Shown piece by piece: positions 39,452 through 50,920 of a DNA stretch of 64,000 nt (positions within the stretch are counted from its first letter, which is position 1; each line of letters begins with the position of its first letter). A program made the position numbers and the translations under genes. The DNA is from Octopus sinensis (taxonomy: Eukaryota): assembly GCF_006345805.1 (NCBI RefSeq), contig NC_042997.1:141980001-142044000 (forward strand), in the 5' to 3' direction. The notes beneath the pieces were generated by a model, which saw only the letters and a list, made by a program, of their open reading frames with translations, did no database searches and had not been told where the DNA came from.

Positions 39452-40734
39452 GTGAGTAAAGGGTTAACTACTTTTATAATAATCTGCTAGAAGAAATGTT
39501 ACCACTTGTTATCGTTTGTTATTTTTGTGTTTCAAAACCGAGTATTCGTTCTTTTTTTTATTTATTTATTTATGCTGTTGCACAAAATTCTCGAGAAGAA
39601 ATCATTTTTCATTTATTTCTTAATTGTTTGCTGCAGTAGCATAAAATTATATATGAAATAGGGTGACCAAGTGTATCTGTTGTATTATTTTTGCGTTCAC
39701 ACATCACCACCATCAATGTTACAGCTGTTTATTATTAGGTCTGTGAGATGAGCAGCTGATAAAAGTATCACATACACACACACACACACACACAAATATA
39801 TAGCATGTAAATATTTGGGGTTTTCAACCCAATATTTACATGCTATTATTTAAAGATTTCTATGTTCTTTCAGAACCTTCTCCAAAAAGAATTATTCCTC
39901 GTTCTCTCAAAAGTTTATAAATTCTGATGACCTCAACAGAATTTATGTTGGCATACGCACGCGCACACTAGAGTATCAGTGCAGCGTCTTATGAATCAAT
40001 AAATATATATAGAATTCATATCAGTGTGTGTATATATGTATATATATATCACTGTTTGAATTGCCTAATAGTGGTTTTATCTCTAATTTAATTTATCTAT
40101 TTTTATGACTTGTATTATTACCTCAGTCAATCTAAATATATATATTTGTCGTTACCTGTCATAAATAGCCTTTTTCTATTTGTAATATGCATTTTCGTTG
40201 ATTTTTCATATTTTACCCTTACATTTCCACGTGTATTTTATATTTTCATTTCGTAACATATTTCTACTATATATATATATATATATATATATATGGAAGG
40301 TTTGGAGATGATGTACAGGTATTATATATTAGAAAAAATGAGGTAATCAGATCGGATGGTTCATATTTATAGATATTTATTTATGATAGATATATATATG
40401 TAAAAAATGTAATATATAAATAAATATCTATAAATATGAACCATCCGATCTGATTACCTCATTTTTTCTAATATATATATATATATAGTGCTATAGTGCC
40501 TTATAGCACTCACCGGTTCAATTTCCAATCATTTATTTATTTATTCCGGAGAGCTTTTCCGTCGATGCATTTGCGACCGTATCAATGGATTTTGACTCTG
40601 ACTAGTAAATAAATAAATTAGTGGAAGTTGAACCGATCCCCAGACACAACAAAATTTGTTTCAACACACGAATTCACTTAAGGAATCTTGCAAACCAGTA
40701 AAAGAAACGAAGTGTGTGTGTGTATATGTATATA

Positions 40735-40938
40735 CTATTTAGGAAGAGTGGTCCCGGTGCGCGTACTCGCGCATCCGCGCTAGCTAGTCGTTGCTAGTCG
40801 ATCCTTACTTTGTGTTTTTGAGTTTTTTGTTTACTTTGTGTTTTTGTTTTATTTGCTTTGCTAGGTAGTCGTTGTAGGATTGACTAGTCACGACTAGCTA
40901 GCGCGAGTGCGCGCACCGGGACCACTCTTCTTAAATAG
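40735..40938. mobile_element. MITE with 38-bp TIRs and TA target site
   Basis: CTATTTAGGAAGAGTGGTCCCGGTGCGCGTACTCGCGC versus its inverted copy (2 mismatches); TA on both sides; CpG-rich. Confidence 0.85.
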
Positions 40939-41194
40939 TACCATATAAAATGTCACTATGAAATTAGACTGACTTCACGTATGCCTTTTTGAAGCTTCAG
41001 TTGAAAATCGAACCCATTCGTTTGTTCATTTTTGCTATTACATAACGGTTAGGATTCACTTAGCTCTCCTTCCCTTCCATGGTGAGGCTAAATATGTCTG
41101 GATATCAGTTCGTGTATTTACATATTCGTAACCCACACTATTTATCGATACTGTAATATTGTATGTTCCTCAACCTTGTAACATTATGCAAATG

Positions 41195-41305
41195 TGCTTG
41201 CCGAAGTGCCAGGTGAGGATCTCGAAGGCGCATGTCTGTTCCAACGTGTCAACCTGGAGATCGTTGGCCGTGATACTGCAAGTGTCTTGGGTTACTTCCG
41301 TCGAT
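41195..41305 (+). mobile_element. Second CRE-like LINE 3' fragment
   Basis: PGEDLEGACLFQRVNLEIVGRDTASVLG resembles TGxxRExxxLFQRxSxAxxRGNAASVLG. Confidence 0.5.
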
Positions 41306-42029
41306 GAAACACTAAGATCTAGATAGATAACTTGAAATTTTTTTCTATCTATAAAGGAACAATTGTCAATATGAATAACGTTTGTGCCTCTGCCTATTGT
41401 TGTTTACATTTTAATATATGTAGCTTTCTGCTACTATAATCAGTTTGAGAAAGTGAGAGGTGAACGAATCCTGGTGAATAGTTAATTAAGAGTAAAACCA
41501 GCCGATTTGAACCTCATCCCTATCTGCAGGAAAGACCTTTGTAGATCTAATTTCACAGCGAAACTAAATTTGTGTGTTTATCAATACGTATATTTATTTA
41601 TTGATAACGTACACTCTGTACTTTAGTAAACTATCCTATGACTGTGGCTATGCTTCCTCCATCATCTGCTACCGCTGTTTGATTATTGTCATCTACGTTT
41701 GTCTTTCTCTCTGTTGATTCCGAGAAAAGTTTCTAGGGTTCCTCGAGATGAGGTGTCTTAATAAAATTCACTAAAAATTTCGGACATGTAGGTGATTTGA
41801 TCTGAAACAATATGTGAAAAATTAAGGTTTTTGCTTTCATATATAACATTTAAACATGTACATCTTTTAGAACAATGTCATTTTATAAGATTTTGCTGGT
41901 AAATTTTGAATTAACAAAAACATTTATATGAAAGAAAATTACCAGAGAACTTTCATCTAATTCTTCCAAATCTTTGTTAAAACTTTATTGAAACCATTTG
42001 TGGGGAATTTTTTTCTTTTTAGCACAGCA

Positions 42030-42240
42030 ACTGGACGCACACCACAAGGTTTAACGGAATCTACTGGAGCAAGCTAGCACACTCGCTGCATTACCACGGG
42101 GGATGGCGTCCTCACGGGCATCACCTGACACCCCGTTGAGGCGAGCTGCCAACATTGACAAGAACTTTGCGGTCAATGGCCCAGTCCCTCCGAACATCTC
42201 AAACGCCACAGGCTGGAAGAGATAGTTTTCTGTTAGGTCC
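42030..42240 (-). mobile_element. CRE-like (RLE-type) LINE C-terminal fragment
   Basis: YLFQPVAFEMFGGTGP...SGDARE...RGNAASVLA resembles the FxPxAxETxG...QRGNAASV endonuclease tail. Confidence 0.65.
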
Positions 42241-42299
42241 CAATCACAAATGATTTCAATACAGTTTTAACAGAAAAATCTGGAAGAATTAGATGAAAG

Positions 42300-42860
42300 T
42301 TCTCTGGTAAAACCATATCTCTAAGATTGTCAAGAAGGCTGAGTGGGTGCTAGCATCACTCAGTAAGACCTATGTCAGCCGCTCTCCAGCTATCTATTTT
42401 AACTTGTATTCGACAATGGTACGTCCACACTTGGAATTTACAGAGCCAGTCTGGAACCCCTATCTTGCTCAGCATATAAATCTGGAAACTGTTAAAAATG
42501 TGCAACAAAACGAATACCCGCCGTCAGACATCTACCATACTCTGAATGTCTTGCTTCCTTGGGCTTGGATGCATTGAAGATCAGACGTCTGGCAACTGAT
42601 TTGGTAGACACCCACAAGATTATCCACATCTTTCCAACAACAACCTTGGGCACCTTTCTGAATTCTGTATGACAAACACTTGCAGACATGCTTATAAAAT
42701 AAAAAAAACACAGCACCCATGACTTTCGGAAACATTTTTTCATGCTCAGAATTGCTGAAGCATGGAATAAACTACCCGCATTAGTAGTTAGCTGTCGAGA
42801 CACTTCATCCTTCAAAACTTCCATGCTTCTTGAAATCCGCCAACGGTATACCTGATGGCC
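42300..42860 (+). mobile_element. CR1-like LINE 3' fragment
   Basis: LYSTMVRPHLEF..PVWNPYL, RRLATDL, RKHFF..RIAEAWNKLP motifs with frameshifts. Confidence 0.8.
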
Positions 42861-43829
42861 TTTTTTTTTTTTTGTTTAATGTCCTATTAAAATGAAAATA
42901 AACTAGAGTTGACTGTAAAATATAGACACAGTTTTCATCATTTTTTTTAGGTAGTTGCTTAAGGGTTCTGACTTTGGTTACTGAGGCTGTTTACTTAATG
43001 AGACTTCTGAGCAGTTGAAAAGCTGTATTTCATAGGTGCTTTCACTACTAACTACTGTAATAAATTGCTAAGTAAGCAATAAAACCAATCAGTTCAATCA
43101 TCATCTCAGGCTATTGAAAAGGCTTTGTGGAGTCAAATTTTACAGTGCCTGTATTTATGTAAATCGCTGCATCATCATCATCATCATCGTCGTCTAATGT
43201 CCGTTCTCAATGCTAGCATGGGTTGGAGGGTTCGACCGTGGATCTGGGAAGCCAGAATGCTGCACCAGGCTCCGGTCTTATCTGGCAATGTTTCTACAGC
43301 TGGATGCCCTTCCTAATGCCAACCACTCCGTGAGTGTAGTGGGTGCTTTTTATGTGCCACCTGCACTGGTGCCAGGCGAGGCTGGCATCGGCCACGGTCG
43401 GATTGGTGCATTTTATGTGCCACCTGCACGGAAGCCAGTCGAGGCGGCACTGAACGTCCACTTTCCATGCTAGCATGGGTTGGATGATTTGACTGAGGGC
43501 TGGCCAACCAGATGGTTGCACCAGGCTCCAATCTTGATCTGGCAGAGTTTCTGCAGCTGGATGCCCTTCCTAACGCCAGCTGTAGAAACTCTGCCAGAAT
43601 GAAAAAACATAGTCATTTCATTTATAGTGATCAGTAAAAATGGATTGAAATGAGATCTGAGGTTGGTGTGGTTGACAAAAATCTTTTGAAGGCAGTACCC
43701 CAGCATGGTCATGGTCCAATAACAGATATCATACACACACATACATATATGTGGTGGCTTTATAACCAGCCATAACTGGCAAAATATTTGACTACATAAA
43801 ATTATATCTATCTATCTATCTTTTTATTC

Positions 43830-44148
43830 TTTAACTTGTTTCAGTCATTTGACAGCGGCCATGCAGGAGCACCGCTTTTAGTCGAAAAAAATCAACCCGA
43901 ACTGCTAAGTTACTGGGATGTAAACCCACCAACATCAGTTGTCAAGCAATGGTGGTGAGACAAAGACAGACACACAAATACACACACACACGATGGGCTT
44001 CTTTCAGTTTCTGTCTACCAAATCCACCCACAAGGCTTTGGTCGGCCCAGTGCTATAGTAGAAGACACTTGCCGAAGGTGGCATGCAGTAAGACTGAACC
44101 CAGAACCATGTCGTTGGGAAGCAAGCTGCTTACCATACAGCCACTCCT
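43830..44148 (-). mobile_element. SINE family A copy
   Basis: Reverse complement of family A. Confidence 0.8.
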
Positions 44149-44171
44149 GCTGTGTCTATCTATCTATCACT

Positions 44172-44224
<53 letters not shown>

Positions 44225-44254
44225 GTATGTGTGTGTGTCTATCTATCTATCACT

Positions 44255-44329
<75 letters not shown>

Positions 44330-44330
<1 letters not shown>

Positions 44331-45190
44331 CCAGTGGAGTGCTAACAGCTCCATCCAAGCGGGATCACTGCCAGAGTAGCTGTCTGGCTTCTGTGCCAGT
44401 GGCATGTAAAAAGCACCATTTCAGCTTGATTGTTACCAGCGTTGCCTTACTGGCACTTGTGCCGGTGGGACGTGAACAAAACATTCGAGCGAGGTCATTG
44501 CCAGTGCTGCTGGACTGACTCCTGTGCAGGTGGCACGTAAAGAAACACTATTTCGAGCGTGGCCGTAGCCAGTACCGGCAGACTGGCTCTCGTGCAGATG
44601 GCATATAAAAGCACCCACTGCACTCTCAGAGTGGTTGGCGTTAGGAAGGGCATCCAGCTGTGGAAGCTCTGCCAGATCAGATTGGAGCTTGGTGCAGCCA
44701 TCTAGTTTGCCAGTCCTCAGTCAAATCGTCCAATCCATGCTAGCATGGAAAGCGGACATTAAATGATGATGATGATGACGATGATATATATACACACACA
44801 CTGTACTTGAGGAGACCTATTGAGTCAAGTACATCAACATCAAAAAATCAAATGGAAATTGTAGTTGTGATACCTGTGCCGGTGGCACGTAAAATGCACC
44901 ATCCAAATGTGGCCGATGCCAGTGCTGACTTGACTGGCTTCCGTGCCAGTGGCACATAAAAAGCACCAACAGATCATGGCCGTTGCCAGCCTCACCTGGC
45001 ACCTGTGCCAGTGGCACATAAAAAGCACCCACTTCACTCATGGAGTGGTTGGTGTTCGGAAGGGCATCCAGCTGTAGAAACACTGGCAGATCAGACTGGA
45101 GCCTGGTGCAGCCTCTTGGCTTCCCAGACCCCGGTCGAACCGTCCAACCCAGGCTAGCATGGAAAACGGACATTAAATGATGATGATGAT
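44330..45190 (+). mobile_element. Two tandem copies of the RTE 3'UTR-derived element with an internal ~45-50-bp minisatellite and (GAT)n tail
   Basis: Repeated GGTGGCACGTAAAAAGCACC units, then GGAAGGGCATCCAGCTGTAGAAAC...GCATGGAAAACGGACATTAAATGATGATG; other copies at about 13700-14157, 32895-33249, 43175-43600, 46925-47238, 50685-51520, 56605-57025 and 60778-61095. Confidence 0.85.
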
Positions 45191-45427
45191 ATATGTATAT
45201 GAGCCTCTTGCACAAAAAAGGAATGTCTTTACTTAAAGATTATATCAAAAATAGACCTTTTAGAAATAAAACATACAATACTGTATTTCGGCAACATTCT
45301 CTATCAAGTGTGAAACAAACTCACTGTTGATGCATCTGAATTTGCAGCAACAGGGAAAATGTTTCAAAATGGAAAGCCCATAGCATATATTAGTCATATA
45401 TTTAGTATTCAGGAATTTAGGATCATA

Positions 45428-46915
45428 GCTAAAATCAAAGTCGTAATCAGTAGGAAGGTAGACAAATCACAAACGCCTTCAGGTAGATGGCCCTGCTCAA
45501 TCTGTAGAAAAGGTGTAGGTAGAAACTCTATAAGATGCACCAAGTGTAAGCTATGGACACATAAGAGGTGCAACAATGTCAAAGGAAGGCTAACTAAGAA
45601 GATGGTTTTTGTATGTGGCAGATGTTCAGGAACAGTAAACACTGAAAATGCTCTGAGACCAACTTCCGTCACTTTCCAGGGAGAAAAACTAGAAATAGTT
45701 GATAGTTTCCGTTACCTAGGTGACCGAGTCAGCAGCGGGGGCGGGTGTGCTGAAAGTGTAACTGCTAGAGTAAGAATAGCTTGGGCAAAGTTCAGAGAGC
45801 TCTTACCTCTGCTGGTGACAAAAGGCCTCTCGCACAGAGTGAAAGGCAGACTGTATGATGCGTGTGTACGAACAGCCATGCTACATGGCAGTGAAACATG
45901 GGCCGTGACTGCTGAGGATATGCATAAGCTCGCAAGAAATGAAGCCAGTATGCTCCGCTGGATGTGTAATGTCAGTGCTCATACTCGGCAGAGTGTAAGT
46001 ACCTTGAGAGAAAAGCTGGACCTAAGAAGCATCAGTTGTGGTGTGCAAGAGAGACGTTTGCGCTGGTATGGTCATGTGGCGAGAATGGATGAAGATAGTT
46101 GTGTGAAAAAGTGCCACACCCTAGCGGTTGAGGGAACCTGCGGAAGAGGCAGACCCAGGAAAACCTGGGACGAGGTGGTGAAGCACGACCTTCAAACTTT
46201 AGGTCTCACTGAGGAAATGACTAGAGACCGAGACCTCTGGAAGTGTGCTGTGCGCGAGAAAACCTGGCAGGACAAGTGAGTCCATAACCCGTGGCCTTCT
46301 ACATGGGATGGAGCCAGCCTACGTATGCATACCTTCCCTTCTTGGGACACAAAACTCTACTTGTGAAAACCTGTTGAGGCAAGTGAGGATCAGAATCGAA
46401 ATCGTTCAATGGAAATTGCAGATGTGTTACCAGTGCCGGTGGCATGTCGAAACTCTGCTTGTGAAGACCCATTGAGGCAAGTGAGGATCAGAATCGAAAT
46501 CGATCAATGGAAATTGCAGATGTGTTACCAGTGCCGGTGGCATGTAAGAGAACCTTCCGTTTTGCGACCGTTGCCAGCGCCGCCCCAACTGGCCTCGTGC
46601 CGGTGGCATGTAAAAAGCACCATCCGTTCGTGTCCGCTGCCAGCCTCGCCTGGCCCTCGTGCCGGTGGCACATAAAAAGCACCATCCGTTCGTGGCCGTT
46701 TGCCAGCTCTGTCTGGCACCTGTGCAGGTGGCACGTAAAAAGCACCCACTACACTCACGGAGTGGTTGGCGTTAGGAAGGGCATCCAGCCGTAGAAACAC
46801 TGCCAGATTTGACTGGGCCTGATGAAGCCTTCTGGCTTCACAGACCCCAGTAGAACCGTCCAACCCATGCTAGCATGGAAAACGGACGCTAAACGATGAT
46901 GATGATGATGATGAT
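45428..46915 (+). mobile_element. 5'-truncated young RTE-clade LINE (RT C-terminal part, 3'UTR, (GAT)n tail) in DUSP12 intron 1
   Basis: Uninterrupted frame to TGA 46279 with FRYLG, HGSETW, RRLRWYGHVARM, GRPRKTW, DRDLW; CpGs retained; repeat-rich 3'UTR ending in (GAT)n. Confidence 0.93.
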
Positions 46916-48999
46916 CTATTCTATATCATCATCATCATCATCATCGTTTAACGTCCGTTTTCCGCGCTAGCACGGGTTGGACGGTTTCAACCGGGGTCTG
47001 GGGAGCCAGGGGCTGCCCCAGGCTCCAGTCTCGTCTGGCAGTGTTTCTACAGCTGGATGCCCTTCCTAACGCCAACCACTCCGCAAGTGTAGTGGGTGCT
47101 TTTTACGTGCCACCTGCACAGGTGCCAGAGGGGTCTGGCATCGGCCACGGTCAGTTGGTGCTTTTTATGTGCCACCTGCACAGAAGCCAGTCGGGGCGGT
47201 GCTGGCATCGGCCACGTTCGGATGGTGCTTTTTATGTGGGGGGAGGGTGCAGAAATATAGGGGAGCACCAGTGGGGAGGGGTGTTCGGAGAAACGATGAC
47301 AGGTTCTAGACAAGTAGAACGTAGGATATCACGAGAGGGGTAATGCATGGTGAAATAGCGTATTGAAGAGGGGGGTTCGAAGAGTACACACCTATAATGG
47401 TGGTGGGAGAAGCGACATCCGGTATAGATGGAGCAAAAATATAGAGATATCCGGTATTGGTGGTGGGGGTGGGCAAGGGCGGGTGCACCGGGAATATGCG
47501 AAGGTTGAACTTGACGGGCTGGCTTAAAAATGCTCTTAGCAATGGAAGGGGGGAAAGGAAGAGGGGGGGAGGGCATACAACATAAAAGAGGGAGAGAGAG
47601 AGAGAAGGGAATAGTGGAACCCCGCGAAAATCGGCCGCCATTGAAAAAATCCTGTATGGAGAAACTCAAATATCTATTCTGTATTTAGCAAGACACGAGG
47701 CCGGAAACCGATGGTCAACAATAACTAATAAATTATACAGAATATGCAATACGAGGCGAAATAATAATACTAATAAACAAATTGTCGACTGGGGGTCAAA
47801 GGGATAATACTAATACTAATAATAATAATAATAATAAACAGCTTAACCACTAGAGATCAGACAAATTTGCATGAGAATATTACTGGTACAGATTACGGGA
47901 TGAATTAGATTAGAAAGATTTTCTTATCTTGGGAACATTTCGTTTTTCGGCCTGACACGGCGAATATGCGAAGGTTGAACTTGACGGGCTGTGTGTGTAT
48001 ATAATATATATATATTGAGGCAGTACTCTGGTATTTCTGCCTTCAAATGAGTGAAACAAGTAAAAGAATAAAAGATAGATAGATATATATATAGATATAA
48101 TTTTATGTAGTCAAGTATTTTGCCAGTTATGGCTGGTTAGAAAGTTACCATATATATGTATGTGCATGTGTGATATCTGTTTCTTTATTACCCACAAGGG
48201 GCTAAACATAGAGGGGACAAACAAGGACAGACGAATGGATTAAGTCAATTACATTGACCCCCAGTGCGTAACTGGTACTTATTTAATCGATTCCAAAAGG
48301 ATGAAAGGCAAAGTTGACCTCGGCGGAATTTGAACTCAGAACGTAACAGCAGACGAAATACGTCTACGCATTTCGCCCGGCGTGCTAACGTTTCTGCCAG
48401 CTTGCCGCCTTCAAAAGATATATATCATTATTACTTAACGTCTGTTTCCCATGGTGGCATGGGTTGGAACTGATAAGGCCAAGGGCTGCACCAGGTTCCA
48501 TTGTCTGTTTTAGCTTGGTTCCTACAGCTGGATGCCTTTCCTAATACCAACTGCTCGCAAGTGCTTTTTAAACGGCACCAGCACCATTGCTTTTTCGTGA
48601 CACCTTGGTTTTAGGATCTCAATTCTGTTGTGTTGGGGAGCTCTTCTCAAGTACAGCAATGTGCCACATATCTCAATCCTTTGTCATCTTCATGAGGTTC
48701 AGTGCTTTGAAATCAGTGTTCTAAACTTCATCCCTTTATGTTTTTCTTTATCTGACACAGTAATTTACATAAACACAGGCATTGTAAAATTTGACTCTAT
48801 GAAACCTTTTCAAAAGCATAAGATGATGATTGAACTGGTTGGTTTTATTGTATACTTAACAATATATATGTGTCTGTGTGTGTATACACCACACACACAC
48901 ACACCCACATACACATGCACACACACACACACACACACACATTTCTATTTGTTGTCCCTTAACTTACCTAACTAGATTTTCCCATATTTTCTCCTTCAG

Positions 49000-49113
49000 T
49001 CTTGTTGGTTGCTCCCGAAGTGCCACCGTGGTAATTGCTTGGCTCATGCAGAAAAAGCAATTAGATGTCAAAACTGCTTTAAATATGGTCAAAGACTGTA
49101 GACCCTGCATCAG
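49000..49113 (+). CDS. DUSP12: DUSP12 exon 2 (C-LVGCSRSATVVIAWLMQKKQLDVKTALNMVKDCRPCIR)
   Basis: cag/GTATGA; completes the HCLVGCSRS (HCX5R) active-site loop. Confidence 0.95.
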
Positions 49114-49225
49114 GTATGAATTTTAAATATCTTAATGTCTGAGATAATTACTTGCAATTAAAGTGTTATGTCACAAATGATGCTGAAGATTGAACCAACT
49201 AAAACATAGTGTAGATATAAATAGG

Positions 49226-49939
49226 TACAGGCATGGCCTATGTGTGGTAAGAGGCTTGCTTCCCAACCACATGGTTCTGGGTTCAATCTCACTGCATTGC
49301 ACCTTGAGCAAGTGTTTTCTAATATGGCTTGGGCTGACCAAAGCCTTGTGAGTGGATTTGGTAGACAGAAACTGAAAGAAGCCTGTTATATGTATTTATT
49401 TTTGTATGTCTTTGTGTCTGTGTTTGTTCCCCCACCATCGTTTGGTGAGTCTACATCCCTGTAACTTAGTTTGTATGGTAAAAGAGACCAAGAGAATAAG
49501 TACTAGGCTTGCAAAGAATAAATCTTGGGGTTGATTTCTTCAACTAAAAAAACCCCTTTACGGTGGTGTTCCAGCATGGCTGCAGTCAAATGACTGAAAT
49601 GAATAAAAGAATAAAAGAAAAGACTTGAAATGACTATGATCTCTAAAGATGAGATAAGTAAGAGATCAGCCACCTATGGTCTTCTGAAGAGCAAAGTACA
49701 GCCTTCTGATGGAAGTTTAATGCTTAATCCTTTAGCGTTTAAAACAGCCATATCTGACCAAAATATTCTACCTGTCTTATGTTTGTGTGGCTGTGTGGTA
49801 AAAAGCTTACTTCCCAACCATATGGTTCTGGGTTCAGTCCCACTGTATGGCACCTTGGGCAAGTGTCTTCTACTATAGCCTCAGGGCGACCAAAGCCTTG
49901 TGAATGGATTTGGTAGATGGAACCTGAAAGAAGCTCAGC

Positions 49940-50001
<62 letters not shown>

Positions 50002-50135
50002 TTGTATGTCTGTGTTTGTCTCTCCATTGTTGCTTAACAACCAATGTTGATGTGTTTATGTCCTCCATAACTTAGTGGTTCACCAAAAGAGTTTGATAAA
50101 ATAAGTACTAGGCTTACAAAGAATAAGCCCTAGGG
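49226..50135 (+). mobile_element. Two successive SINE family A copies (49226-49615, 49790-50135); the second has a long internal (TA)n
   Basis: Family A head, core and tail twice; (TA)n at about 49941-49995. Confidence 0.8.
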
Positions 50136-50192
50136 ATGATTTATTGAAATAATGATGATGATGATAAATGTATTCTTTCTATTTTATGCCAG

Positions 50193-50314
50193 ACCTAACA
50201 CTGGATTCCAGTTCCAGCTGGAGTTGTTTGCCCGAATGGCTTATGATATTAATGTGAACAACAGTGATTACAAAACATTCAAGTTGAATATGTTTGGCTT
50301 GAAACTTGGTGAAG
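50193..50314 (+). CDS. DUSP12: DUSP12 exon 3 (PNTGFQFQLELFARMAYDINVNNSDYKTFKLNMFGLKLGE)
   Basis: cag/GTAAGA; PNxGFxxQL motif; 122 nt. Confidence 0.94.
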
Positions 50315-50883
50315 GTAAGAAATCAAAGCAGTTTGTCTTTCTCAATAAATAATTACCATGCAAATATGACTTGTGGGTAAAAGGCTCACTTTGTGACCAC
50401 ATAGTTTTGGGTTCGGTCCCACTTGGTGGTACCTTGTTCAGATATCTTGTACTATATCCCCTGACCAATCAATGCACTGTGAGTAAATTTGGTTGACAGA
50501 AACTGTGTAGAAGGTCGACTTTGCCTTTCATCCTTTCGGAGTGATTAAATAAGTACCAGTTATGCACTGGGGTCGATATAATCAACTTAATTCGTTTGTC
50601 TGTCCTTGTTTCTCCCCACTGTGTGTAGCACCTTGTGGGCAGTAAAGAAATAAGAAACTGTGTAGAAGCCTGTAGTATATATATGCCATGTAAAAGCACC
50701 CATGTGGTGCCACATTAAAGCACCCAGCACATTCTGTAAAGTGGTTGGCATTAGGAAGGGCATCGAGCTGTAGAACTCATGCCAAATCAGACTGGAGTCT
50801 GATGCAGCTGCCCAGCTTGTCAGCTCTAGTCAAACTGTCCAACCCATACCAGCATGGACAACAGACATTAAATGATGATGGTG

Positions 50884-50920
<37 letters not shown>

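Noticed and set aside
44380-44640. Spaced ~20-bp repeats (GGCACGTAAAAAGCACC) that look CRISPR-like, also at 46.5-46.7 and 50.9-51.2 kb
   Set aside because: Eukaryotic context, no cas genes, and the spacers are related to each other; this is a minisatellite inside a LINE 3'UTR
46815-46845. CTGATGA-AGCC-TTCT-GGCT hairpin resembling a hammerhead 5' half
   Set aside because: Followed by TCAC rather than GAAA; part of the LINE 3'UTR
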